64,000 nucleotides of DNA. Origin: a virus. The number at the start of each line of letters is the position of its first letter. Position 1 is the stretch's first letter. The stretch spans positions 116,378 through 180,377 of IMG/VR virus record IMGVR_UViG_3300024239_000355. One strand, 5' to 3'. The notes under the pieces are model-generated. The model was not told where the DNA came from, ran no database searches, and saw nothing but the letters and a program-made list of their open reading frames with translations. This document shows positions 46,901-53,913 of this stretch, in pieces. A program made the translations under genes and the position numbers.

Positions 46901-49900
46901 ATTGTTTTCAATATCGCGGATGATCACCTTCTGATCGCCTGACAACTCCACCGTGGCATTGATATCCGCCTGGAAATAAATCTTACCAGCAACAGTGCTA
47001 CTATCAACCTTCACCACGACCTGTTCAGCGCCATCAGTACGATTGATCACGCAATCAGTGAAAATAATGTCAGTCGTGTTATTGATCCACAACGCATTGG
47101 CACCGGTATTGATCAAGGACATATTTTGAACGGCAAAGCCGTTACTCAATGAACCTGATATCACCAGACGACCATTCAGAATAACCTTGCCCATACCAAC
47201 AAGATAAAGAGCCTTGTTGTTTACCGACACGTTTTCAATATAGGTACCTGGGTGGACAATAATGACCGAACCAGTGGTTGCTACCGCAGTGGCTTTTCCA
47301 ATAGTCAAATAGGGGTTGGTGAACGTACCAGTCCCGTTGCTATCGTTACCGTTCTTTGCGACGTAGACAGCGTTCTGTGGATTGACCAATGCGGATGACG
47401 CCTTGACTTTCTTCGCCAATTCGTCCAACGCATCCTGAACTTGGGCAGGAGTTACCGTAGCAAATGCCCAATCAGTTGGCGTTGCCGGGTGATAATTGAT
47501 TGCCCGCGAATACGTCAGATGGTTCAGTACCGCAGTACCAGCAATAACCAACCGAGCCGCATCCGGGGTCGAAGTCGCATCCAGATTTACCACCGAGGCA
47601 CCATCACCGGTAATTGTACCGGATACTGCTGTACCAACAACCGTCAGTCCAGTTGTCCCCGCAGTCGTGATATTCCCAACCGAAGACCCACGGACAACCA
47701 AAGCGGTCATCTGACCCGCTGTATTAGCGAACGTACCGCTGCCAGTTGACGTGGTAATATCACCCACCAAAGTGCTTCCGACCACCGTTGTGGACGTACT
47801 AGCGAGTGTCACTGCACCATCGATTTTTGAGTTGATGATCGTAACAAGATCACGCCCTGCACCAATACCCGCAACTGCCAACCCACCAGCGCCGATAGAA
47901 ACGCCGTTTAGGGAAAGAACAAAAGCGTTGCCGGTTGCACTGGTGTGCTGCACCGTCAGTCCGGACATACCGAGCGAGACATTGCGGAACTCGAAAGTAC
48001 CACTGTCCGATATGGTCAATTGATGAGACTGATAACCGCCACTGCCGTTCTGGCGCTGGATTGTGGTCATATCGGGAGATGTTGCACAAATGCTTACAAA
48101 GGCTTTCAAGGCAAACCCGGATACTTCGTCATATGTACCCGGACCAACCATTACAACGTATTTCTTGGTAGACGATGCATCAGTAATGGAGTCTACCGCT
48201 TTCGTCACCGTATGATACGGGCTGGACATCGTTCCAGTCCCGGTGTCATCATTGCCATTTTTCGACACATATACTACAGATTCAACGGTAACAATCCCAC
48301 CAGCGGAAGCAAGAACATCATCAATTGCTTGAAGATGTGTCTTCAATGCGTCGTCGGTAACGTTGTAATGGTTCGGAACAAAACCGGCACCAATATCTTC
48401 AGCATATCGCCCAAACGCAAGACGCGAACCTGTGATCGTATCGAATTGAGAAAGACGATTACAATCAGTAATAACGAACTGACACGTTCCGGTCTTCAAA
48501 ATCTTACCAAAGGTAAGGTCATCCTGTTGAAGATCAACATTCTCTATTACCAGCAAATTACTACCAGATACCGGCAATGCCGAGGTGGAAATAACTGAGT
48601 TCCCAGCGGAATTCTTAACAATTTTTCCAACATTGTTCAGGCGCAACACACCATCCAAATGGCTCAAATAACCAATGACCGGACAATTAGAAACCATCGT
48701 CGTAGAGAATTCAGTTTGGGTGCGAAGGTGCATAGTTGCCCCACCACCACCATTGATCAGAATCGTCCCACCATTACCGGCACTCACAACTTCACCGACC
48801 ACCGAGCAATTGTTAAACTCGACATTTCCGTTAATGTTACCACTGATATTAATTGCTACGGATGTTTCAGTGGAACGCCCAAACGAACAACCCTGGAAAA
48901 CATGCCCAGAACCACTCACAATTGATAGAGCATAATCTGTAGTATTGACCACTCTGATCCCGGACATGGTGATGCCCATGACTGAACCAAGGGTGATCAT
49001 ACCTCGAATTTCGACCGTCCCACCGAGGTTCACAAACGTCAGGTTTGACTTTGTAACCGAAACATTCTCAGTGTAGATACCCGCTTGTACAAGAATAACC
49101 TCCCCTGAATTGGCAACTTGCAAAGCCTTTCCGATAGTCGCAAAAGGCATGGATAGAGAACCAGTCCCCGTAGAATCATCACCATTCACAGACACAACAT
49201 AAGTATGAGAAAGCCCAATTTGCATTTCGTTTGGCGCAACTTTAGTATCTAGTGCTGCCAAATGTGAGTTCAAATCATCGGAGGCGGGGCTGTAGTTTGT
49301 CGGTGCGTAATTCACCAAAATGTCCACCGACTGCCCATCAAACGCCTTACGAATGCCAGTAAATACCGACGTTGTATCATAATTTACATTGATCAAGGTG
49401 TACGGGCAATCACCAGTCTTTACGATCTTACCGTAAGAAAAATCAGATTGCTGAAGGTTGATACCCTCCAACAAAAGTTTGTTGGTTGGCGCCACAAGGT
49501 CCGCCGAGCTATTGATGCTGATGCCATTTACATCCTTACCAAGCTGTCCAATGTTCCGAAGGAACAATCCGCCAGCTAAATGCTCGACCACGTTCAGTCG
49601 GGGGCAGTTATCAATATATACAGAACCGCCAACCGTATTTGCACGTACACTAGTTTCATCAGACATCACCCCGGAAACCCGAAGCGTACCACCAACACTC
49701 GTGCTTTCGATAAATCCAGTGAGTTGACCTCCAATTATCCAATTTTCACCAGAAATCGCCCCTTTCTGAGACACGGTGACGGTTGTAGTGTTGGCCCGAC
49801 GATAATAGGAATTATAAGACCGAAACCCAGCAGCGCCATCGAGTTCAAGACACGGGTCTGCATTATTATCTACCTTCAAATCGAAGAAGGTGACATTAGC

Positions 49901-50278
49901 AGAAGTCACCGAAATTTTACCAAATATTGTCACAAGCCCCGAACCACGAAGAGTCAACGAATTGGCACTGATGATAATGTTCTCAACGTAAGTACCAGTG
50001 GCAATGACTATGGTAGTAGGTACGACTGCACTCGTTACCGCTTTTTGAATACTCTTAAACGGTTTTGTGATCGAACCATCACCGGTTGTATCATCACCAG
50101 TAAGCGCAACATAAAACACCGATGGCACATTCAGCGATGCCCAGGCAAGATGCCCCGCACTTTCCGTGGTCAGAATTTGACCATTTTGCCCATTGGTAAT
50201 TGGAAATGCTTGACCTTCTAACCGTAGACCGTTGGTCGCAGTAATATTGCCGCTCTTGTTGTCGAGATTTATACCCAT
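43952..50278 (-). CDS. Giant 2108-aa spike/fibre protein with six tandem DUF1565/pectin-lyase-like beta-helix modules
   Basis: Six (Y/F/H)V..(N/T)G.D...G....P(F/Y).T(I/V)..A caps, each followed by G.Y.E and beta-rich sequence. Repeated HLxxID linkers. Confidence 0.8.
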   Translation of the reverse strand: MGINLDNKSGNITATNGLRLEGQAFPITNGQNGQILTTESAGHLAWASLNVPSVFYVALTGDDTTGDGSITKPFKSIQKAVTSAVVPTTIVIATGTYVENIIISANSLTLRGSGLVTIFGKISVTSANVTFFDLKVDNNADPCLELDGAAGFRSYNSYYRRANTTTVTVSQKGAISGENWIIGGQLTGFIESTSVGGTLRVSGVMSDETSVRANTVGGSVYIDNCPRLNVVEHLAGGLFLRNIGQLGKDVNGISINSSADLVAPTNKLLLEGINLQQSDFSYGKIVKTGDCPYTLINVNYDTTSVFTGIRKAFDGQSVDILVNYAPTNYSPASDDLNSHLAALDTKVAPNEMQIGLSHTYVVSVNGDDSTGTGSLSMPFATIGKALQVANSGEVILVQAGIYTENVSVTKSNLTFVNLGGTVEIRGMITLGSVMGITMSGIRVVNTTDYALSIVSGSGHVFQGCSFGRSTETSVAINISGNINGNVEFNNCSVVGEVVSAGNGGTILINGGGGATMHLRTQTEFSTTMVSNCPVIGYLSHLDGVLRLNNVGKIVKNSAGNSVISTSALPVSGSNLLVIENVDLQQDDLTFGKILKTGTCQFVITDCNRLSQFDTITGSRLAFGRYAEDIGAGFVPNHYNVTDDALKTHLQAIDDVLASAGGIVTVESVVYVSKNGNDDTGTGTMSSPYHTVTKAVDSITDASSTKKYVVMVGPGTYDEVSGFALKAFVSICATSPDMTTIQRQNGSGGYQSHQLTISDSGTFEFRNVSLGMSGLTVQHTSATGNAFVLSLNGVSIGAGGLAVAGIGAGRDLVTIINSKIDGAVTLASTSTTVVGSTLVGDITTSTGSGTFANTAGQMTALVVRGSSVGNITTAGTTGLTVVGTAVSGTITGDGASVVNLDATSTPDAARLVIAGTAVLNHLTYSRAINYHPATPTDWAFATVTPAQVQDALDELAKKVKASSALVNPQNAVYVAKNGNDSNGTGTFTNPYLTIGKATAVATTGSVIIVHPGTYIENVSVNNKALYLVGMGKVILNGRLVISGSLSNGFAVQNMSLINTGANALWINNTTDIIFTDCVINRTDGAEQVVVKVDSSTVAGKIYFQADINATVELSGDQKVIIRDIENNNARITTKKESAVTIVENCAEIGVVTHEAGMLTLRNVGRIAKFAGNSIVSNAPVGTAIGNRLTLDNVSLVQTDGTYGAISKTGACSYVLNDVARNPAADVLTGTRSFYGRVGTDIKANYSPSSYNITEDTIPGHLAGIDSKLAVLASNTGLVRYQQVVFVDKNGSDANTGDANAPYLTIQKALDVIGATAKTAAEQNKRWLVHIAPGIYNENLSVPAGRTVTLFGLGPWTLGDAVAPTVPRNIVINTDGATVLSSELRPCFSIIGHGEVTAGQDRSAAANGVTVSGNIVFSPSATASAVDVCLVNARVLGTISGTQTSEVGLYFHNVYTGDQISVTEGRLYDVSDTVFNALVAVKSFGAIKNSKISGMTVTSAVDTSIGTPSGIFGSSVSGVFSGPANSFRVDGSTYKMFQQNGGLLGGAATVDILDAIPANDFATTYTPINYTVSGDNLKAHLTGIDAKLTAQALPTSHVAVNYTAATNTVSDHLAGIDSVLTGQGVKTNHIAENYVPVDTTITAHLSAIDTKLASATVPAIRHTVHVGKNGNNSTADGSLGRPYLTVQAAIDAISDATMIDQYAVLVGPGLYDEDVSFVLKPNVSVFGTTTAHTIIRRSDGGGGYAPVSLTIDHTEGGVIALKNIDFADSGLAIEHVAADRVTPVAFPMTVIMENCSDLSGTEIYGDGAGRDRIRISGHISPATVTIAGVKVNIFNSQFNSLVLNDNEAIFDFGGLYSLVEVFGSSIINLTATSTNNIEVYLIGSSVYTTNSTGAGTIVVSGLTNETAPVLGGDLDVGDYRIVSTSNKDIVFAPDGTGQVRFGGASVGALEPDPTFDLTVKGGAGQSGHAGDLILQGGAGSGSFNSGNIVIDGGTGGASTGVVILGGVTYGRLTTVDLNDNQITAATIAAIEATALYVDYSISRGTSARTGTLLIARTGSTVALVDTGVDVGGTIGVTISVTCVGSLINLQYTSTATGDDPVIKYSTRNWM

Positions 50279-50286
50279 CAGATGCT

Positions 50287-50370
50287 CCCCGTCGCGCCAT
50301 TGCGCAGTTTAGGTTAAGACCGCCACCCCCGTCGCATCGACAGCGGTTTAGGGGTCGCTTTAGGTATTTA
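50287..50370 (-). promoter_or_regulatory. Late promoter and leader with two repeated internal-loop hairpins
   Basis: TAAATA at 50370-50365, then CCTAAAC..GC..GCGACGGGG twice. The second copy overlaps the SD. Confidence 0.55.
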
Positions 50371-50467
50371 GCGAGACGGCAGAAATCTGATAGTTGCTCT
50401 ATAAAAAGAACGCATTTGCAATTTTTCACAGTATTTGCTTGACGTGTCAGGTGTCGTCTGTTAAATA

Positions 50468-50615
50468 ACTCTCAGACGACAATGATAATGTCATTCTCCA
50501 AGCGGCGTGATATCGGACCTCAATTGAGGTGATCAATCCAGAGTTGGGAACGGGTGGAGCCTACCCGGTAAAATAAGTGTCCAAAAACACCGCAGTCACC
50601 GACTGCGGTGTTTTT
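50468..50615 (+). ncRNA. Candidate structured RNA A
   Basis: Preceded by TTGACG-17-TAAATA. Three hairpins, then terminator AAAAACACCGCAGTC-ACC-GACTGCGGTGTTTTT. No credible ORF. Confidence 0.5.
50583..50615. terminator. Bidirectional intrinsic terminator
   Basis: 15-bp perfect inverted repeat with A5/T5 flanks. Confidence 0.8.
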
Positions 50616-50628
50616 GTATGTGGACACC

Positions 50629-50657
50629 TTGACGCCCATACGCCATCATGGTATATT
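50629..50657 (+). promoter_or_regulatory. Sigma70 promoter
   Basis: TTGACG-17 bp-TATATT, predicted +1 near 50664. Confidence 0.75.
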
Positions 50658-50663
50658 TGTATG

Positions 50664-50808
50664 GTTGACGTAGCTTAAATGGCAAAAGCCGCCCCGTAGG
50701 GGGAATACAAGAGCCTGAATGGGAAAGGCGGACCCCGAAAGGGTCGGTGGGTGGTTCGTTTCCAACAGTATTCCTAGAAAACGCCGTGGCGTAAGCTGCG
50801 GCGTTTTT
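50664..50808 (+). ncRNA. tRNA-like RNA B: a tRNA 5' half followed by a cloverleaf with a 5-nt anticodon loop
   Basis: GTTGACG-TA-GCTT(AAATGGCAA)AAGC, then GGAATAC/GTATTCC acceptor, GCCT/AGGC D-arm, GACCC(CGAAA)GGGTC, GGTGG(TTCGTTT)CCAAC. Own promoter and terminator. Confidence 0.6.
50778..50808 (+). terminator. Intrinsic terminator
   Basis: AAAACGCCGTGGC-GTAA-GCTGCGGCGTTTTT. Confidence 0.75.
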
Positions 50809-50819
50809 ACTTGGTGGTC

Positions 50820-50847
50820 TTGACATTCTCCCGTCAACGTATATTAT
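50820..50847 (+). promoter_or_regulatory. Sigma70 promoter for the early operon
   Basis: TTGACA-16 bp-TATTAT. Confidence 0.55.
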
Positions 50848-50874
50848 TCACGAGTATTCATTAGGAGACGTGTC

Positions 50875-51900
50875 ATGGGATTGAGTGGCAACGAACGGCG
50901 CAATGGCATCTATTTCTGTGTGGATCGGTTGACCAAGTTGGCGCGTGACCTCGATACTACTGATCATGTCGCTCATTTTTCGGAAGGTGCCATTCCTCGC
51001 CTGAAGGAAATCTGTGAATCCGCGCATCTGTGGCACGCCTTCATTGGCGACCAGTCCAATTCGGCGCACTGGCTGTTCGGCTCCGAAGCTGGAAACGTGG
51101 TAACCAGCGAGTCGAATGGTCCGTGGGGCACTGCTGTCATGACCACCATGCGCGAATGGCGTGAAAGCATGTCCGATAGTGTGCTGCGGCTGGAACGTAG
51201 TGGCAAATTCAATGCCTTCGATCACTTCCTGTCCATTTCGGGGTTGTTGGGTCAGTGGTCAAAGACCGCCGGAACCATCTTCGACATTTATACCACCGCC
51301 GAAAACATGAACTATTACTTGCGCCGCTACAAGGACGGCATGCTCGCGCAGCATCATGCGCTGAACGTCACCTTGTCCGAAATCGGTGGACTGTGCTTCG
51401 GTGTATTCACGGAAAATCGCCAATTCACCCTGGCATATCTGGTGCATGAAATTGCCAAGATCGTTTACGGCGACACGTCATATAACGAGTTTCCGGAAAA
51501 TCAGGACTGGGTGACCCAATGGGCGGATAAGAATTGCATCCATCACTATATGAGCCGTCCGCTGGCTGATCGATTGAATGATAAACTGTTCACGGTAGTG
51601 GCGAAGACGCATGCCCATCTGACCACGCGATGGATCAATACCGGTCGTACCCACAAGAACATTCCGTTCGAGAGAGTGGTGGCGGCGGTCATTCTGTCCG
51701 GTCGCCGGTTTGAATATGACCATCAGCACCGCGCTCTGCGCAAACTGTGCGTTGAAAACGGGTTTACCGCTGAACAGATTACCGAACTGAATGGGTATTT
51801 GCGGCGGTGCGTTCGCGACCACGAACGACGTTCGACGGATGATCGTGAACATTTCCGTCGCGATTACGACCGTCGCGAACTGTCCATTCATCAGGAATGA
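50875..51900 (+). CDS. Hypothetical early protein (341 aa)
   Basis: AGGAG SD, long ORF, no recognised motif. Confidence 0.75.
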   Translation: MGLSGNERRNGIYFCVDRLTKLARDLDTTDHVAHFSEGAIPRLKEICESAHLWHAFIGDQSNSAHWLFGSEAGNVVTSESNGPWGTAVMTTMREWRESMSDSVLRLERSGKFNAFDHFLSISGLLGQWSKTAGTIFDIYTTAENMNYYLRRYKDGMLAQHHALNVTLSEIGGLCFGVFTENRQFTLAYLVHEIAKIVYGDTSYNEFPENQDWVTQWADKNCIHHYMSRPLADRLNDKLFTVVAKTHAHLTTRWINTGRTHKNIPFERVVAAVILSGRRFEYDHQHRALRKLCVENGFTAEQITELNGYLRRCVRDHERRSTDDREHFRRDYDRRELSIHQE

Positions 51901-51908
51901 GGTGATTT

Positions 51909-52172
51909 ATGACCATCCCAACCCACGAAGACTACGAACGCGCTGCCCGCGAAGAGCGGGATTGGGACAATCGCCGTAAGTATATGTGCGAAGTCCACTA
52001 CAAAATCGTGCGTTGGAAGATCGCCTCCCGTGAAGGCGAACAAAATGGTCATTTCGAATTGACCGACATTGCCAGCCTGGATGCGTTCATGCAGAAGCAG
52101 AAGGTGGCGTTGTTGAATGGGTATGGCTGCACCACGACGGTGGAAACCCACGTTCGGTACGTTCCCAAGTGA
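51909..52172 (+). CDS. Hypothetical early protein (87 aa)
   Basis: GAGGT SD. Confidence 0.7.
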   Translation: MTIPTHEDYERAAREERDWDNRRKYMCEVHYKIVRWKIASREGEQNGHFELTDIASLDAFMQKQKVALLNGYGCTTTVETHVRYVPK

Positions 52173-52179
52173 GGTAAAA

Positions 52180-52698
52180 ATGAGCGGCGATGAGGCGGAC
52201 TTTCTCAAGATCGTAAAGCTTTTTGGGAACACCCCGCTTCCCAAAAAACCAAAGCCGTATCGTCATTTTCGGCGTGGACGCAACAAAGGCGGTCCCCTCT
52301 TCCCGTTCTATAAACCGGATCGGGGCGGTCCCATGATCGCCGCGTTCTTCAAGATCATCACGGATAAGCCGATCTACCGCCAGAACCAACGGCGGGTATT
52401 TGTGCGGATCACACGCTTGCAAGAGCAGTATGTGATCACCGTACTTCCGGAATACGCACCCACGCGACTGTCCCTGCTGATCACCGAGACGGATCAAGCC
52501 GTATTCGTGACACAATGGGAAGAGGACGCCACGAAACGCTATGGTAAAATCCCGGCGGGTAACAAGTTTTTCGAAGATGCACGACGAAACGCCAAGTCAT
52601 TTTCTTCAACGGGTGATGTCGCCGGTCAAGCTACTCGGATGGCTGACTTTGTTCTTCAAGCTATCGGACTATTCGTCAAGTATGGCGAAGTCGAATAG
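52180..52698 (+). CDS. Hypothetical early protein with an Arg/Lys-rich N-terminal segment
   Basis: GAGGT SD before ATG 52180. KKPKPYRHFRRGRNK. Confidence 0.7.
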   Translation: MSGDEADFLKIVKLFGNTPLPKKPKPYRHFRRGRNKGGPLFPFYKPDRGGPMIAAFFKIITDKPIYRQNQRRVFVRITRLQEQYVITVLPEYAPTRLSLLITETDQAVFVTQWEEDATKRYGKIPAGNKFFEDARRNAKSFSSTGDVAGQATRMADFVLQAIGLFVKYGEVE

Positions 52699-52727
52699 TT
52701 GACAAATACAACCACAATCTGTATAGT
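52699..52727 (+). promoter_or_regulatory. Strong sigma70 promoter
   Basis: TTGACA-17 bp-TATAGT. Confidence 0.8.
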
Positions 52728-52749
52728 CAAGTTAAATTTGGAGGTTCCC

Positions 52750-52980
52750 ATGCCAATCTTGCCATATGATCATCCGCATCGTAAAGCAATGAACTCGCAC
52801 GAGCGCAAACACTGGGAACTCTTCCTGCGCAACGGACGCTGGGGCACCTGTGTGGATTGCCCGATGGACAGCGACGGAAAGCAATATCCCGAACTATGCG
52901 AACATACCGCCCGCAGCGACCATCACTTATCCATTGAAGCCTTGGTGGAACGCTACCGCCGCACCGTACCGAAAGAATAA
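52750..52980 (+). CDS. Hypothetical early protein (76 aa)
   Basis: GGAGGT SD before ATG 52750. Confidence 0.7.
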   Translation: MPILPYDHPHRKAMNSHERKHWELFLRNGRWGTCVDCPMDSDGKQYPELCEHTARSDHHLSIEALVERYRRTVPKE

Positions 52981-52985
52981 TCGCC

Positions 52986-53885
52986 ATGAACGTTCAGGAC
53001 GAAATCAAGAAAATCCTCGGCGCCGACATTCCGTGGCGTGCGAAGAACCGCAATCTCCATTTGCTCGCCTACGAGTGCCGCGACAACAACGATATGGACG
53101 GCTACGCCGCCGTGCTGGACGCAATTCCCCAGGTAATCAATGACCAAGATCGTCCGTGCCACTTCCAGCCCTACCGGGCGTTCAAGATCATGTACGATGT
53201 GGACCAAAACGGCACCAAGGTCTTGATGTGCAAGGAAAAGCACGCCACCCGAATGTTCGACGTGTCCACGCCCCTCAACTTCGCCAACGCCTGCCTGATG
53301 CTGGTGGACGAACGCCTGGGCGAAGGCTGGTACGCCCAGAGCGCGCCGTATCTTAGTGGCACGCTTGATCCCCTGATCGAAGTGTTCCTGCGCCAACTGG
53401 CGCACAAGCCCTACATCATGGAGGTTCATGCGGACTTGGCACCGCGCGACCTTTCGGCGCTGTGGACCAACGACGACTACCAGTATATCCGTGGACACCA
53501 AGCCATTGGGTCTGGTGCGCTGTTTCAGTTCATGACTATGGTGGTGAATGAGACGAACGAAATCAGCCAGGATATGCCGGGCTGGCATTTCAACAACAAT
53601 CTCGTGGCGTTTCTCGGCTACATGATCCACGCCATCAACAGCGACTATGATCCGGCGCTATACGACGCCATGATGAAGTTGAATGACCGTAACGCCATGG
53701 TCACCCGGATCATCAACAATTTATCCAAGAGTCATGAAGAACGGGTTTGTGATCTGTTGGAAGTCGCAAACTCGAATATTCTCAAAGCGGGGCGTTTGGC
53801 TTTCGACTTCTTAGAGGAACGGAAGAAATACCAGTACGAACACGTCGAAGTCGAGACGCTGGAAGTCGCAAGCTTCGAACCGTAG
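52986..53885 (+). CDS. Hypothetical early protein (299 aa)
   Basis: Long ORF in the same operon, GC3-rich codons. Confidence 0.75.
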   Translation: MNVQDEIKKILGADIPWRAKNRNLHLLAYECRDNNDMDGYAAVLDAIPQVINDQDRPCHFQPYRAFKIMYDVDQNGTKVLMCKEKHATRMFDVSTPLNFANACLMLVDERLGEGWYAQSAPYLSGTLDPLIEVFLRQLAHKPYIMEVHADLAPRDLSALWTNDDYQYIRGHQAIGSGALFQFMTMVVNETNEISQDMPGWHFNNNLVAFLGYMIHAINSDYDPALYDAMMKLNDRNAMVTRIINNLSKSHEERVCDLLEVANSNILKAGRLAFDFLEERKKYQYEHVEVETLEVASFEP

Positions 53886-53913
53886 AAAAGGGGGCTTTCG
53901 CCCCCTCTTCTTT
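53884..53913. terminator. Bidirectional terminator between convergent genes
   Basis: AGGGGGC-TTTC-GCCCCCT flanked by A and T tracts. Confidence 0.75.

Noticed and set aside
50702-50776. Canonical tRNA or tmRNA call
   Set aside because: The anticodon loop is 5 nt, the acceptor-D linker is 4 nt, there is no CCA and no tag ORF. Reported as a tRNA-like RNA instead. The D-before-T order also differs from permuted YrlA.
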